From contig CAWHTE010000011.1 in assembly GCA_963832165.1 (NCBI GenBank), positions 64,001 through 128,000 of the forward strand: a stretch of 64,000 bases of DNA, written 5' to 3'. Made by a program: the position numbers and the translations under genes. Of the stretch, positions 1-13,476 are shown in pieces. The stretch's first letter is position 1, and each line of letters begins with the position of its first letter. The DNA is from an uncultured delta proteobacterium. Lineage in GTDB: Bacteria; Myxococcota_A; UBA9160; SMWR01. The notes beneath the pieces were generated by a model. That model had not been told where the DNA came from. It saw only the letters and a program-made list of their open reading frames with translations, and did no database searches.

Positions 1-230
1 TCATTCGTGTGGTCGAGGAGCAGGTCGAACTCGGTGGTCTTGATCTGTCTTTCTCGATCTCGACGTAGAGAACCCGCTTCTTAGCTGCGTCCATCTGCTC
101 CATAGCGCGCTGGATCATTCGCTGCTCTGCCTCAGCACACCCATCGGAAGGGTCTGACGCGCAACTCGCGTCAATCGGAGCCGGTACAAGAGCCGCAATG
201 ACTACGAGAAGCAAGAGAGGCGCACGCACG
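1..230 (-). CDS. Partial, possibly frameshifted secreted protein running off the window edge
   Basis: GTG near 230 followed by signal-peptide-like MRAPLLLLVVIAALVPAPIDA; lower GC than flanks; frame unclear. Confidence 0.3.
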
Positions 231-429
231 GGGACTACCTCATTCACACGGATCGGAAGCAAGTGGCGAGTTGAGGTGCTTCGCGCTCGGGCGATCGTCT
301 CTCCTGCGCGCTCCAGCGGGGCACAGGCGCTCGAACCTCCACCGCGACCCGGGCACGATCGCGGGGCTGTACTCGATCATCGTGACGTTGCCGCTGCCGT
401 CGAGCACGCGGATGTAGTGCGCAGGCCGA

Positions 430-924
430 TCAGCGCTGGCGCGCGATCGCGCGTTCGATCGCGGCGCGGATCAGCTTGTCGTTGTCCTTCGAGATGAAGC
501 GGTGCACGTAGCGCTCGAGGAAGAAGCGCAGGATCGGGTTGAATGCGTGGTAGGTCTCGCGGAAGTGGACGCGGGTGCGGCCGCCGCCGATGTCTTCGAG
601 CCGGTGCCAGCCCTCCGCGCGCGACCAGAGCGGCTTGCCGATCGCCTCGTAGTGCGACGACACGTTCGGCACCACCTGGGTGACCCATTCCCACGACTGG
701 CCCACGCCACTCGAGAGCAGCAGCTTCGGCACGCGGAAATAGCAGTGGCGGATCAGTCCGTCGCCGTGGTCGTCGCCCTCGTGCAGCACCTCGATCCGCA
801 CGTCGCCGTGTTCGATGACGCGCGGCTTGCCGGGCGTGGCGGGGTTCCGCACCGGCGGGTGCAGCGCTGCCCACACCAGTTCGGGCTTCGCCTCGATCTC
901 GAACGAGAACCTGTGGTCCTGCAT
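430..924 (-). CDS. SRPBCC/START-fold protein
   Basis: 164 aa; N-terminal 'FEIEAKPELVWAAL' and C-terminal 'GGRTRVHFRETY...' helix pattern typical of SRPBCC. Confidence 0.7.
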   Translation of the reverse strand: MQDHRFSFEIEAKPELVWAALHPPVRNPATPGKPRVIEHGDVRIEVLHEGDDHGDGLIRHCYFRVPKLLLSSGVGQSWEWVTQVVPNVSSHYEAIGKPLWSRAEGWHRLEDIGGGRTRVHFRETYHAFNPILRFFLERYVHRFISKDNDKLIRAAIERAIARQR

Positions 925-949
925 GCGCGAACTCTCGTCGCAAGGTAGC

Positions 950-1354
950 GTGGCGCGCGTGGATCGCGTGGTATCGGCGCTCTACCTGTTCGCGGCCGCG
1001 GGCAATCTCCTGCCCGCGATCGGGATCTCCTCGGCGGCTCGGCTCGAGGCGTTGTACGGCATCGCGATCGCGGACCCGAACCTGATCGTGCTGCTGCGTC
1101 ACCGCGCCGTGCTGCTCGGCATCGTCGGCGCGCTGCTCGCGGCTGCGGCGTTCCGGCCCGCGCTGCGCACGGCTGCGATCGCCGCGGGCTTCGTCAGCAT
1201 GATCTCGTTCATGGTGCTCGCATGGGGCGCGAGCGAGAGCAACGCTGCGCTGCGCCGCGTGGCGAGCGTCGACGTCGCTCTGTGCGCGGCGCTCGCAGGC
1301 GCGGCCGTGCTCGGGTCGACTAACGCGCGCGCTCGAGGAACGCCGATGAAGTGA
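950..1354 (+). CDS. Small integral membrane protein, unknown function
   Basis: GTG at 950 in frame with ORF 815..1354; about 4 hydrophobic segments; 'LLRHRAVLLG' motif. Confidence 0.65.
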   Translation: MARVDRVVSALYLFAAAGNLLPAIGISSAARLEALYGIAIADPNLIVLLRHRAVLLGIVGALLAAAAFRPALRTAAIAAGFVSMISFMVLAWGASESNAALRRVASVDVALCAALAGAAVLGSTNARARGTPMK

Positions 1355-2687
1355 GGTGGCGCAGCTCGTCGGCCGTGAGCGGCATCGAACGCGCGTCGTA
1401 CGATTCGCGGCGCCAGCCGCTGCCGTCGCGCTCGTCGAAGAACACCGCGGCGGCCGGGTCGAATACCGCGGCCGGCTCGCCGTCGGGCCACGCGGGGTAG
1501 CCCGGGAGGTCGCCGCTCCAGCGGTGGAGCAGAACGCCCACTCCCGCGCGCCGGTCGCCGCGGCGCTCGGTGATCCAGTACAGCGGCTGCTGGGTCTGCG
1601 TGTCGATGTAGAGCGTGAGCCAGTCGTGCTCGCGGCCGCGGTCGCGCAGCGCGCCCTGGATCGCGATCGCCTGACGCACGTCCCAGCGGTCGTCGCCGAG
1701 CGAGAGGCCGCTCGGCCCGAAGCTGCGCGCGGGATCGCCCGGGAAGCCGCTGCGCGCCGCATTCAGTGGCGCCAGCACTTCGCGCACGCCCAACACGCGC
1801 CAGACATAGGCATTGGGCCGGATCGAGAGACCCGCGAAGCCGCGCGGCTCCGCGACCGGGATCGCGCCGCCGCGCTCCCCGGTCGCGCTCGGCACGAACA
1901 GCCCGTCGACCCACGCGTTCGCGGCCCGCCGCACCGCGCGCAGCTTCGGCACGAACACGAACACGTCGTCGGGCAGCGCATACTGCTGCGCGGCCGCGCG
2001 CGCGCGCGTCTGCTGCCACGCGAGCCCGCGCGCGTCGGCGGGCTCCGCGAAGCGGCCGCCCGCGATCCACGCCGCCGGCCCCGCGTCCGCGACGCGGTAC
2101 TCCGGCGCGAGATCGGCGCGGTGTGCGAGCTGGAGCTGGAACCAGGTGCCGAGCGAGATTCGCCCCTGCTCCGCGCGCGACTGGTCGGTGATCCGGAACT
2201 GCCCGCTGGGTCCCGCACCGCGGTGGCGCCGCTCGAAGTTCCAGGCCCAGCGCGCGCCCGCATCGGCCGCGCCGGGATCGATGGCCTCGGCCGGGAAGGG
2301 CAGGCCCGCGGTGTAGTCCCCGAGGTTTCCGTCGCCGTCGAGCCGCGCACTCCCCGCGAAGCGTTCGGTCGCGCTCCGGTAGGAGCGCGGCGGCGGATAT
2401 CGGCGGTGACACGCTCCGATCACGAGCTTCATGCCGTCGTGGAAGAACAGATCGCGGTGACGCCACACCTCGGGCGGCAGGAGCGGCGCGAGGCGCAGCA
2501 CGTCGGCGCGCGCGAGCGCCATTCCCTCCTGGAGGCGTGTGGGCGCGGCGGGTGTTCCAGGCTCCGCCTCCGGAGGGGCCGCGAGCGCCGGGCACTCGTG
2601 CTCGCGCGGGAGCTCGCCTGCGCCCGCGCCCACGGCCGCGAGAGCGGCGGCGAGCCACGGGAGGACCCGAGTGCGGCATCGGACCAC
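1320..2687 (-). CDS. DUF1329-like exported protein (start approximate)
   Basis: Signal-peptide-like N-terminus; 'YTAGLPFP..IDP...AGARWAWNF' and 'DDVFVFVPKLRAVRR' motifs. Confidence 0.65.
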   Translation of the reverse strand: MVRCRTRVLPWLAAALAAVGAGAGELPREHECPALAAPPEAEPGTPAAPTRLQEGMALARADVLRLAPLLPPEVWRHRDLFFHDGMKLVIGACHRRYPPPRSYRSATERFAGSARLDGDGNLGDYTAGLPFPAEAIDPGAADAGARWAWNFERRHRGAGPSGQFRITDQSRAEQGRISLGTWFQLQLAHRADLAPEYRVADAGPAAWIAGGRFAEPADARGLAWQQTRARAAAQQYALPDDVFVFVPKLRAVRRAANAWVDGLFVPSATGERGGAIPVAEPRGFAGLSIRPNAYVWRVLGVREVLAPLNAARSGFPGDPARSFGPSGLSLGDDRWDVRQAIAIQGALRDRGREHDWLTLYIDTQTQQPLYWITERRGDRRAGVGVLLHRWSGDLPGYPAWPDGEPAAVFDPAAAVFFDERDGSGWRRESYDARSMPLTADELRHLTSSAFLERAR

Positions 2688-2760
2688 GCGCGGGCCCACC
2701 TCCCGCGGAGATTCTAACCCGCGGCGCCCGGGGCTACCCTTGCGACGAGGAGACGCGATC

Positions 2761-3690
2761 GTGCGGCGTTCCGTCGGCATTCCGCTCGCGCTCGGGATCG
2801 GCCTCACGATCCTGGTGCTCGTGCTCGCGGTCGGCTGGCAGATCCTCGTGCTCGACGATCCGCGGCAGCTCGCGCAGGGCCTGTCCACGCGCAACTGGAT
2901 CATGCTGATCCTGGGCACGGTCTTCTTCGTGCTCGTGCTCGCGGGCCTCGTCGCGCTCTCGACCTGGCTCGTGCGCGAGATGCGCCTGAATCAGCGCCAG
3001 CGCGCATTCCTCGATGCCGTCAGCCACGAGATGCGCACGCCGCTCGCGTCGCTGCGGCTCTATCTCGATACGCTCGGCCGCCACGACCCCGATCCGGAGC
3101 AGCGCCGCGCCTTCCTCGGGCGCATGCAGCGCGACGTCGACCGGCTCGACCACACGGTCGAGCAGGTGCTGCACGCGGCGCGCGCGGAGGAGCACCGGCG
3201 CGTGCTGCCGAACGAGGAGGTGATGCTCGTGCCGCTGCTCGACGAGTGCATCGAGGAGCTGCGCACGCGGCACGAGCTGCCCGCGTCGGCGGTACAGCTC
3301 GACGCACATGCGCCCGCCGCGGTGCGCGGAAACCGCACCGAGCTCGCCGTGGTGTTCCGCAACCTGCTCGAGAACGCCGCCAAGTACTCGGCCGCGCCGG
3401 TCGAGATCCGCGTGCGCGTGTCGCCGAAGGGCGACGACCGGATCGACGTCGCGATCTCGGACCGCGGGATCGGGATCCCCGCGCGCGAGCTGCGCAAGAT
3501 CTTCCAGCGCTTCTACCGCGCGGGCCGCGACGTACAGCGCACCGCGGCCGGGCTCGGGCTCGGCCTGTTCATCGTGCGCAACCTCGTGCGCCGCCAGGGC
3601 GGGCGCGTGGTCGCGCGCAGCCAGGGGTCGGGGACGGGCAGCCGGTTCGTCGTCACGCTGCGCGCCGTCGCGTCGCCGGAGGGTGCGTGA
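2761..3690 (+). CDS. Membrane sensor histidine kinase
   Basis: 2 TM; H-box 'VSHEMRTPL', N-box 'NLLENAAKYS', 'DRGIGI', 'GLGLGL'. Confidence 0.92.
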   Translation: MRRSVGIPLALGIGLTILVLVLAVGWQILVLDDPRQLAQGLSTRNWIMLILGTVFFVLVLAGLVALSTWLVREMRLNQRQRAFLDAVSHEMRTPLASLRLYLDTLGRHDPDPEQRRAFLGRMQRDVDRLDHTVEQVLHAARAEEHRRVLPNEEVMLVPLLDECIEELRTRHELPASAVQLDAHAPAAVRGNRTELAVVFRNLLENAAKYSAAPVEIRVRVSPKGDDRIDVAISDRGIGIPARELRKIFQRFYRAGRDVQRTAAGLGLGLFIVRNLVRRQGGRVVARSQGSGTGSRFVVTLRAVASPEGA

Positions 3691-4385
3691 CGCGCATCCT
3701 CGTCGTCGAAGACGAGGAGCACCTCGCCGAGGGATTGCGCTTCAATCTCGAGGCCGAGGACTACGAGGTGGCGGTCGCACCCGATGGAGTCCGCGCGATC
3801 GAGCTGCTCTCGGCGCGCGAGCGCAGCGTCGATCTCGTGATCCTCGACTTGATGCTGCCCGGTCTCTCGGGCTTCGAGGTGCTGCGGCGCACGCGCGCGG
3901 CGGGCGACTTCGTGCCCGTGCTGATCCTCACCGCGAAGGACTCGATCGAGGACCGCGTGCGCGGGCTCGAGGAGGGCGCCGACGATTATCTCGGCAAGCC
4001 GTTCCGACTCGACGAGCTGCTCGCACGCGTGCGCGGTCTCTTGCGCCGGCGGCGCTGGGATGGCGCCACGGACGGTGCGCTGCCCGAGCCCGTGACGATC
4101 GGCGCCGTGACGCTCCACTTCGATCGCTTCGAGCTCGAGACGCCCGCGGGTGTGGTGAGCCTCACCACGCGCGAGATGGGTCTCTTGCGCGCGCTCGTGG
4201 ACCGCGACGGCGAGGCCGTTACGCGCGGCGAGCTGCTGGAGAGCGTCTGGGGGCTGCGTCCGGACACGCAGACGCGCGTCGTCGACAGCTTCGTCGTGCG
4301 CCTGCGCCGCTATCTCGAGCCCGATCCGGCACGGCCTCGCCATCTGCTCTCGGTGCGCGGGCGCGGCTATCGGCTCGTGAGATAG
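3687..4385 (+). CDS. OmpR-family response regulator
   Basis: 'ILVVEDE', 'LDLMLPG', 'GADDYLGKPF', winged-helix 'VRGRGYRL'; GTGA overlap with kinase. Confidence 0.93.
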   Translation: MTRILVVEDEEHLAEGLRFNLEAEDYEVAVAPDGVRAIELLSARERSVDLVILDLMLPGLSGFEVLRRTRAAGDFVPVLILTAKDSIEDRVRGLEEGADDYLGKPFRLDELLARVRGLLRRRRWDGATDGALPEPVTIGAVTLHFDRFELETPAGVVSLTTREMGLLRALVDRDGEAVTRGELLESVWGLRPDTQTRVVDSFVVRLRRYLEPDPARPRHLLSVRGRGYRLVR

Positions 4386-4429
4386 CCGCCCCTTGAGAAC
4401 AGTGGGGCGACTTGCGAAGCTCACCGTCG

Positions 4430-5209
4430 GTGAGAGACGCGCTCACGTTCTTCGTCGAGCCGGTATTCGAGAATGCGACGCTGGTCGCCGCGTTCGAGGG
4501 TTGGAACGACGCGGGCGAGGCCGCAACCGGCGCGGCGCGCTACGTCGCAGAGGCGATCCATGCGGTGCCTCTGGCCGAGATCGACGGCGAGGACTTTCTC
4601 GACTTCACCGTGCACCGCCCGTGGGCGCGCGCAGCCGAGGACGGCACGCGCACGATCGAATGGCCCGTCACGCGCGTGAGCTACGGCGAGTGCGGCGTGG
4701 GGCAGGAGCTCGTGGTGGCGCTTGGCGTCGAGCCGCACCTGCGCTGGCGCGCCTACTGCGATCTGTTCCTCTCGCTCGTGAGTCGATTGCGCGTTCGACG
4801 CGTGGTGCTCCTGGGCGCCTACGTCGCCGACGTGGTCTACTCGCGCCCCGTCGACGTGACGGGCTTCGCGAGCGATGAGGATCGCCTCGAGGCGATCGGC
4901 GTCGCGCCCTCGCGCTACGAAGGGCCGACCGGGATCGTCGGCGTGCTCGGCGAGCTGCTTCGCGCAGAGGGCGTACAAGTGCTCTCGCTCTGGGCGGGGT
5001 TGCCGCACTACATCAGCGCGTCGCCGAACCCGCGCGGATCGCTCGCGCTCGTGCAGAAGCTCGTGTCCGACCTGCCGCTCGCGATCGACGAGAAGCCGCT
5101 GCGCGACGAGGCGGCCGCGTTCGAGCAGAAGATCTCCGCGCTCGTGTCCGGCGATCCCGAGCTCACCGAGTACGTGCGGCTGCTCAAGAAACGCGAATTC
5201 GCGCAATGA
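4430..5209 (+). CDS. PAC2 (proteasome assembly chaperone) family protein
   Basis: 'AFEGWNDAGEAA', 'EPHLRW', 'YEGPTGIVGVL', 'LPHY'. Confidence 0.85.
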   Translation: MRDALTFFVEPVFENATLVAAFEGWNDAGEAATGAARYVAEAIHAVPLAEIDGEDFLDFTVHRPWARAAEDGTRTIEWPVTRVSYGECGVGQELVVALGVEPHLRWRAYCDLFLSLVSRLRVRRVVLLGAYVADVVYSRPVDVTGFASDEDRLEAIGVAPSRYEGPTGIVGVLGELLRAEGVQVLSLWAGLPHYISASPNPRGSLALVQKLVSDLPLAIDEKPLRDEAAAFEQKISALVSGDPELTEYVRLLKKREFAQ

Positions 5210-5211
5210 TC

Positions 5212-5288
5212 GGCGGATTACGGCCTTCGGCCTAATCCGCCCTACGAGAAGGCGGTAGGGCGGATTAGCCCAACGGGCGTAATCCGCC
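5212..5288. repeat. Inverted pair of GTAG-type REP elements (5212-5245, 5255-5288)
   Basis: GTAGGGCGGATTAG-stem-GTAATCCGCC in opposite orientations between convergent genes; further copies at 36949 and 31620. Confidence 0.85.
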
Positions 5289-5302
5289 ATTGTCGAGTCG
5301 CG

Positions 5303-5551
5303 TCAGAGCTCGATCGACTCGTCGATCAGCATCACCGGGATGCCGTCGTCGACCGGGTAGAGGATGCGCCCGTCCTGGCGGATCAGCCCTTCGCCGATCC
5401 GGTTCTTGACGGTCTCACCCCCGCGGTTGCGCAGCCGCCCCGCGTCGATCTCGGCGTTCACGCGCGAGAGCACATCGGGGCCCGCGAGCCCCACGGGCTG
5501 CTTGGTCTCCGGACACACCAGGATCTCGAGTAGCTCCGGGCTTACGGTCAT
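5303..5551 (-). CDS. Trm112/YcaR-like protein
   Basis: 'LLEILVCPETK...YPVDDGIPVMLIDE'. Confidence 0.85.
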   Translation of the reverse strand: MTVSPELLEILVCPETKQPVGLAGPDVLSRVNAEIDAGRLRNRGGETVKNRIGEGLIRQDGRILYPVDDGIPVMLIDESIEL

Positions 5552-5655
5552 GATCTCCTCCACGCGGACGCGCGATCATAGCGGCGCGAAATCGCTTGCG
5601 AAATCGACGGTGCTTCGCGAGCTCTCGCGCGCGCGCGAATTCGCGCCAATTCGCC

Positions 5656-5684
5656 TTGACGCGAAGCGGCTTACGGGATATCAC
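5656..5684 (+). promoter_or_regulatory. Putative sigma70 promoter of the act operon
   Basis: TTGACG-N17-TATCAC about 100 bp upstream of actA. Confidence 0.4.
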
Positions 5685-5788
5685 ACCGCGCGTTTCGAGG
5701 GGCGCGCTGCTCCGCGTCGTCGTCCTGCCACGGGCTTTCCCGTTCTCTCACCCCGTTCGTCTGAGGACCAGGAGTCCCAAGCTCCCTC

Positions 5789-6520
5789 ATGCGAGACCGC
5801 GCCGCCCGTCCGTCGCTCCTCGTCGGGGTCCTGCTCGCAGCCGTCGCGGCCTGGATTGCCGCGACGGGCCTGGGCGGCGCCACGCCCGTGCACGCGAAAG
5901 ACGCCGTGCGCGTGGCCACGAGCGTGTGCGACGCGCACGAGCTGCGCGCGCTCCAGAAGAAGGATCCCGATCTCAAGATCGATACCACGCAGTTCGAGTC
6001 GCCCTGGCCGACCCGCGAGGCGTGCCTCTCGCACGCCGCGGCCGAAGACCCCGACGCGCCGGGTCCGATCCAGCCGATCCAGTTCAGCCACAAGCACCAC
6101 TCGGGCCTGTATCAGATCGACTGCCAGTACTGTCACTCGGGCACCGATCGCTCGCCCTCCGCGGGCGTTCCCGCGGTCGAGGTGTGCATGGGCTGCCATG
6201 CGCAGTTCCCGACGAGCTACGACGAGCTCGAGGGCATCAGGACGCTCAAGGATCACTGGGCCAAGAAGCAGCCGATCGAATGGGTGCAGATCCACCGCGT
6301 GCCCGAGTACGTGCAGTTCCAGCACCGCGCCCACGTTCAGAAGGGCTTCACGTGCCAGGAGTGCCACGGCGCCGTCGAGACCATGGACAAGGTGTCGATG
6401 ACGGAGGACACGGTCTGGTGGCCGTGGCTGCTGCCCGCCGCGAAGCTCGAGATGGGCTGGTGCATCGATTGTCACCGACGGAACAACGCGACACAGGATT
6501 GTGCCGCCTGTCATTACTAG
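5789..6520 (+). CDS. actA: Alternative complex III pentaheme cytochrome c
   Basis: Five CxxCH motifs (CQYCH, CMGCH, CQECH, CIDCH, CAACH); 'PIQPIQFSHKHH'; first gene of act cluster. Confidence 0.88.
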   Translation: MRDRAARPSLLVGVLLAAVAAWIAATGLGGATPVHAKDAVRVATSVCDAHELRALQKKDPDLKIDTTQFESPWPTREACLSHAAAEDPDAPGPIQPIQFSHKHHSGLYQIDCQYCHSGTDRSPSAGVPAVEVCMGCHAQFPTSYDELEGIRTLKDHWAKKQPIEWVQIHRVPEYVQFQHRAHVQKGFTCQECHGAVETMDKVSMTEDTVWWPWLLPAAKLEMGWCIDCHRRNNATQDCAACHY

Positions 6521-6553
6521 GCGGACCGCCAGCGCGCGGAAAACTGGAAACGA

Positions 6554-9675
<3,122 letters not shown>

Positions 9676-9679
<4 letters not shown>

Positions 9680-11047
9680 CGCCGCCGCCCGCAGAAGCCG
9701 TTGCCGCGATGATCCGGCCCGCGCCGAAGCGCGTGGATTCGAAGGTGAACCGCGACCTCCTGCGCGTGATGGAGGGCGCGTCGCTCAACTACTGGCTCCT
9801 CCTGCACCTGGCCGTGGGCTTCATGCTCGCCGCGGGCGGCGTGTGGATCTTCCAGGTCTACAAGGGTCTCGGCATCGCGGGCTACCGGCACCCGGTGTTC
9901 TGGGGCGCCTACATCGTCACGTTCGTGTTCTGGGTGGGCATCGCCCACGCGGGCACGCTGATCTCGGCGATCCTCTATCTGTTCCGCGCGAAGTGGCGCA
10001 ACGCCATCAACCGCAGCGCCGAGGCGATGACCGTGTTCGCGGTGCTCACCGCGGCACAGTTCCTGGGCATCCACGTCGGCCGGATCTGGAAGTCCTATTT
10101 CATCCTGCCGTATCCGAATCAGCGCGCGCTGTGGGTGAACTTCAAGAGCCCGCTGCTTGTGGGACACCTTCGCGATCACCACCTATGCCACGACCTCGAT
10201 CCTGTTCCTGTACGTGGGTCTGATTCCCGATCTCGCGATCGCGCGCGACCGCTCGACCGGCTGGCGTCGCGTGCTCTACGCCGTGCTCTCGCTGGGCTGG
10301 CAGGGCACCTCGAAGCAGTGGAAGTCGCACAACCGCGCGGTGCTCCACCTGTCGGGGCTCGCCACACCGCTCGTGCTCTCGGTGCACAGCGTCGTGTCCT
10401 GGGACTTCGCAATGGCGATCGTGCCCGGCTGGCACGCGACGATCTTCGCGCCCTACTTCGTGGCCGGTGCGATCTTCTCGGGCTTCGCGATGGTGCTCAC
10501 GATGATGATCCCGGTGCGCCGGATCTTCGCCCTCGAGGAGTACATCACCGACTATCACTTCGAGAACATGTCGCGCTTCATCCTGCTGACGTCGCTGATC
10601 GTCGGCTACGCGTACCTCTCGGAGTACTTCATCGCGTGGTACAGCGGGGTCGAGGCCGAGCAGACGTCGTTCTTCATGCGCGCGTTCGGGCCGTACTGGA
10701 TGTCGACCTGGACGATGATCATCTGCAACGCGGTCGTGCCACAGATCCTGTGGTTCAAGTGGGCGCGCACCAACGTGCCGACGCTGTTCATCGTCTCCGT
10801 GCTGATCAACATCGGCATGTGGTTCGAGCGCTACGTCATCATCATCGGCGGACTCTCGCGCGAGTACGACCCGGCGGTATGGGGCGTCTACACGCCGAGC
10901 TGGCCCGAGCTGGTGGTCGTGGCGGGCAGCTTCGGCTTCTTCTGCCAGTTCTTCCTGATCTTCCTGAAGCTGTTCCCGGTAGTGGCGATCGCCGAGGTCA
11001 AGGAGATCGAGATCCACAGCAAGATGCACGGCCAGGTGGGACACTGA
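9676..11047 (+). CDS. actC: Alternative complex III ActC (NrfD family), +1 frameshift near 10157
   Basis: '[25 protein letters not shown]...NFKSPLL' continues as 'WDTFAITTY...[12 protein letters not shown]' in next frame. Confidence 0.9.
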
Positions 11048-11550
11048 TGCCGACCCTGCTGGGCGTATTCGAGCAACCGGACCAGATCGCTGCGGCGGCG
11101 AGCCAGCTGCGCGCGCGCGGCTATGACGATCTCGAGACCTATTCGCCCGCGCCGTTCGCGGAGGTGGACGACGCCGTGATCGAGAAGCCGAGCACGGTGC
11201 GTCTGTTCACGCTGATCGGCGGGCTCACGGGTGTGGTGACGGGCTACGCGCTCACGCTCTGGATGGCGAACAACTGGCCGATCATCGTCGGCGGCAAGCC
11301 GTACTCTTCCGTGACGCCGTTCACGATCATCGCGTTCGAGCTCACGATCCTGTTCGGCGTGCTGATGACGGTGCTCGGCGTGTTCGTGTTCGGGAAGCTG
11401 CCCAAGTTCAAGCTCGACGCGGCGTACAGCCCGCGCTTCTCGGCCGAGGACTTCGGGCTCGCGGTGCGCTGCAAGGACCGCGACGTCGCCGAGATCGACG
11501 GCCTGCTGCGCGCCCACCACGCTGTCGAGGTCTCGATTGTCGAAGCTTAG
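11047..11550 (+). CDS. actD: Alternative complex III ActD (DUF3341)
   Basis: 'LETYSPAP', 'WPIIVGGKP', 'FELTILF', '[10 protein letters not shown]'. Confidence 0.88.
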   Translation: MPTLLGVFEQPDQIAAAASQLRARGYDDLETYSPAPFAEVDDAVIEKPSTVRLFTLIGGLTGVVTGYALTLWMANNWPIIVGGKPYSSVTPFTIIAFELTILFGVLMTVLGVFVFGKLPKFKLDAAYSPRFSAEDFGLAVRCKDRDVAEIDGLLRAHHAVEVSIVEA

Positions 11551-12181
11551 CCACCCGATTGGCCTTCGCTCGGCTTCGCCTCGCTGCGCGCGCGCTTCGC
11601 GCGCTCGCGCTCTCCGTCTCTCGCGGAGCTTCTTCGCGGGCACCGCGCTCCTGCTGACCACCACGGTGGGCTGCTGGGAGCAGTGGTCGGACACGTGGTT
11701 TCCGCAGATGAAGCGGCAGAAGGCGGTGCAGGCGTTCGAGGAGGTCGGCTTCGGCGGCCGCGTGGAGGCGTTCACGCCGCCCGAGGGCACCGTGCCCGTC
11801 GCCACCGCGATGCCGCCCGAGATGGATCCGAACGACGTGGCCGCGCAGGACGCGCTCCAGAACCCGCGCCCGGTGACGCTCGCGTCGCTCGAGAACGGCC
11901 GCACCCAGTACATGCGCTACTGCGCCACCTGCCACGGCGAAAAGGGCGTGGGCGACGGGCCGGTCAGCATGATGAGCAAGCAGCGCGGGCCGTTCGGCGG
12001 CGTGCTCGCGATCGCGGGGCCCGCGAGCATCGCGAAGATCCGCACCGACGGGCACATCTATTCGACGATCCGCTACGGGCGGCGGCGCATGCCGTCCTAC
12101 CACCGGATCCCGTCGGACGACCGCTGGGACATCGTGAATTTCGTCCGGTACCTGGGCGATCAGAAGGAAATTGCGAAGTGA
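11537..12181 (+). CDS. actE: Alternative complex III ActE monoheme cytochrome c lipoprotein
   Basis: Lipobox TVGC; 'PPEGTVP'; single CATCH; 'MPSY...[10 protein letters not shown]'. Confidence 0.85.
   Translation: MSKLSHPIGLRSASPRCARASRARALRLSRSFFAGTALLLTTTVGCWEQWSDTWFPQMKRQKAVQAFEEVGFGGRVEAFTPPEGTVPVATAMPPEMDPNDVAAQDALQNPRPVTLASLENGRTQYMRYCATCHGEKGVGDGPVSMMSKQRGPFGGVLAIAGPASIAKIRTDGHIYSTIRYGRRRMPSYHRIPSDDRWDIVNFVRYLGDQKEIAK
11561..11590 (-). repeat. Partial copy of the ~94-bp repeat inside the actE 5' end
   Basis: Reverse complement CGCGCAGCGAGGCGAAGCCGAGCGAAGGCC matches the cores of the 44860 and 51211 copies. Confidence 0.75.
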
Positions 12182-13452
12182 GCAGCAACTACGCGGCGAG
12201 TCCCCGCGATCTTCCGCGCGCGCTCGTGTTCGCGTGTGTGGTGCTGATAGTCGTGGGCGCGATTGCGTTCGCCTCGGGTCTCATGCGCGACCCCGGCAGC
12301 GCCTGGCGCGCGTTTCACGTGAACTACCTCTTCTTCGGCATCATGGCGCAGGGCGCGCTCTGCCTCGCGTGCGCGTTCGTGATCATCGATACGAAGTGGA
12401 CCGGACCGATCCGCCACGTCTCCGAGGCGCTCGCCTCCTGGGTGCCGATCTCGTTCGTGCTGTTCCTGGTCGGGAACTGGTTCGGCCGCGAGTACATCCA
12501 CACCAACTGGCTCCACGGTGCACCGCCGGGCAAGGAGGGTTGGCTCAGCTTCGGGCGCGTCTATACCACCGACGCGTTCGTGCTCGGCGTGGGCGCGATC
12601 CTCACGTTCGTGTTCCTGCGCACGTCGTTCCGGCCCGCGCTCGCGGGCGCGGCCGACCGCGCGACGCGCGCGAAGGGCATGTTCCAGAGCTGGACCGCGG
12701 GCTGGCGCGGCGACGACGCGGAGTGGAAGGAGTCGCGTGCGCGCCTGCGCGTGCTCGCGCCGATCATCTGCCTCTGGTACGCGTTCGCGCACACGCTGAT
12801 CGCGTTCGATCAGGTGATGTCGCTCAACCCCACCTGGTTCTCGAACATCTTCGGCTGGTACTTCCTGTGGGGCGGGTTCCTGAACGGCGTGGCCGCGACC
12901 GCGCTCGCGTGCGTGCTCCTGCGCGCGACGACGCCGGGCTGGGACGTCGAGATCACGTCGAGCCGCATGCACGATCTCGGCAAGATGGTCTTCGCGTTCT
13001 CGATCTTCTGGATGTACCTGTTCTTCGCCCAGTACATCGTGATCTGGTACGGCAACCTGCCCGAGGAGACGCAGTTCTTCCAGGCGCGGCTCGGCCCGCA
13101 ATTCCTCCAGGACAGCTTCAAGCTGATCGACTGGAAGCTGCTCGATCTGCCGTACGTGAAGCTGTCGCTCGCGGCGTGGGTCGGCTGCTGGGTGACGCCG
13201 TTCTGGGTGCTGCTCGGTCAGCGCCCGAAGCGCACGCCCGCGATCCTCGGCGGTGTTGCGGCGATCTCGCTGCTGGGCTTCTGGCTCGAGCGCAACGCGC
13301 TGGTGTGGCCGTCGTTCGGGACCGAGAACGATCACCTGTGGGCGGGCCCGGCGCAGATCGCGATCGCGCTCGGCTTCCTCGGAGCGTTCGTGCTGAACTT
13401 CCTGATCTTCAGCCGGGTGTTTCCGACGCTGCCGCTGCCGAAGCGGCCGTAG
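12178..13452 (+). CDS. actF: Alternative complex III ActF membrane subunit
   Basis: 'DQVMSLNPTWFSNIFG', 'HDLGKMVFAFSIFWMYLFFAQYIVIWYGNLPEET'. Confidence 0.9.
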   Translation: MSSNYAASPRDLPRALVFACVVLIVVGAIAFASGLMRDPGSAWRAFHVNYLFFGIMAQGALCLACAFVIIDTKWTGPIRHVSEALASWVPISFVLFLVGNWFGREYIHTNWLHGAPPGKEGWLSFGRVYTTDAFVLGVGAILTFVFLRTSFRPALAGAADRATRAKGMFQSWTAGWRGDDAEWKESRARLRVLAPIICLWYAFAHTLIAFDQVMSLNPTWFSNIFGWYFLWGGFLNGVAATALACVLLRATTPGWDVEITSSRMHDLGKMVFAFSIFWMYLFFAQYIVIWYGNLPEETQFFQARLGPQFLQDSFKLIDWKLLDLPYVKLSLAAWVGCWVTPFWVLLGQRPKRTPAILGGVAAISLLGFWLERNALVWPSFGTENDHLWAGPAQIAIALGFLGAFVLNFLIFSRVFPTLPLPKRP

Positions 13453-13476
13453 CGAAGGTTCGGCTAGCTTCGTCGG

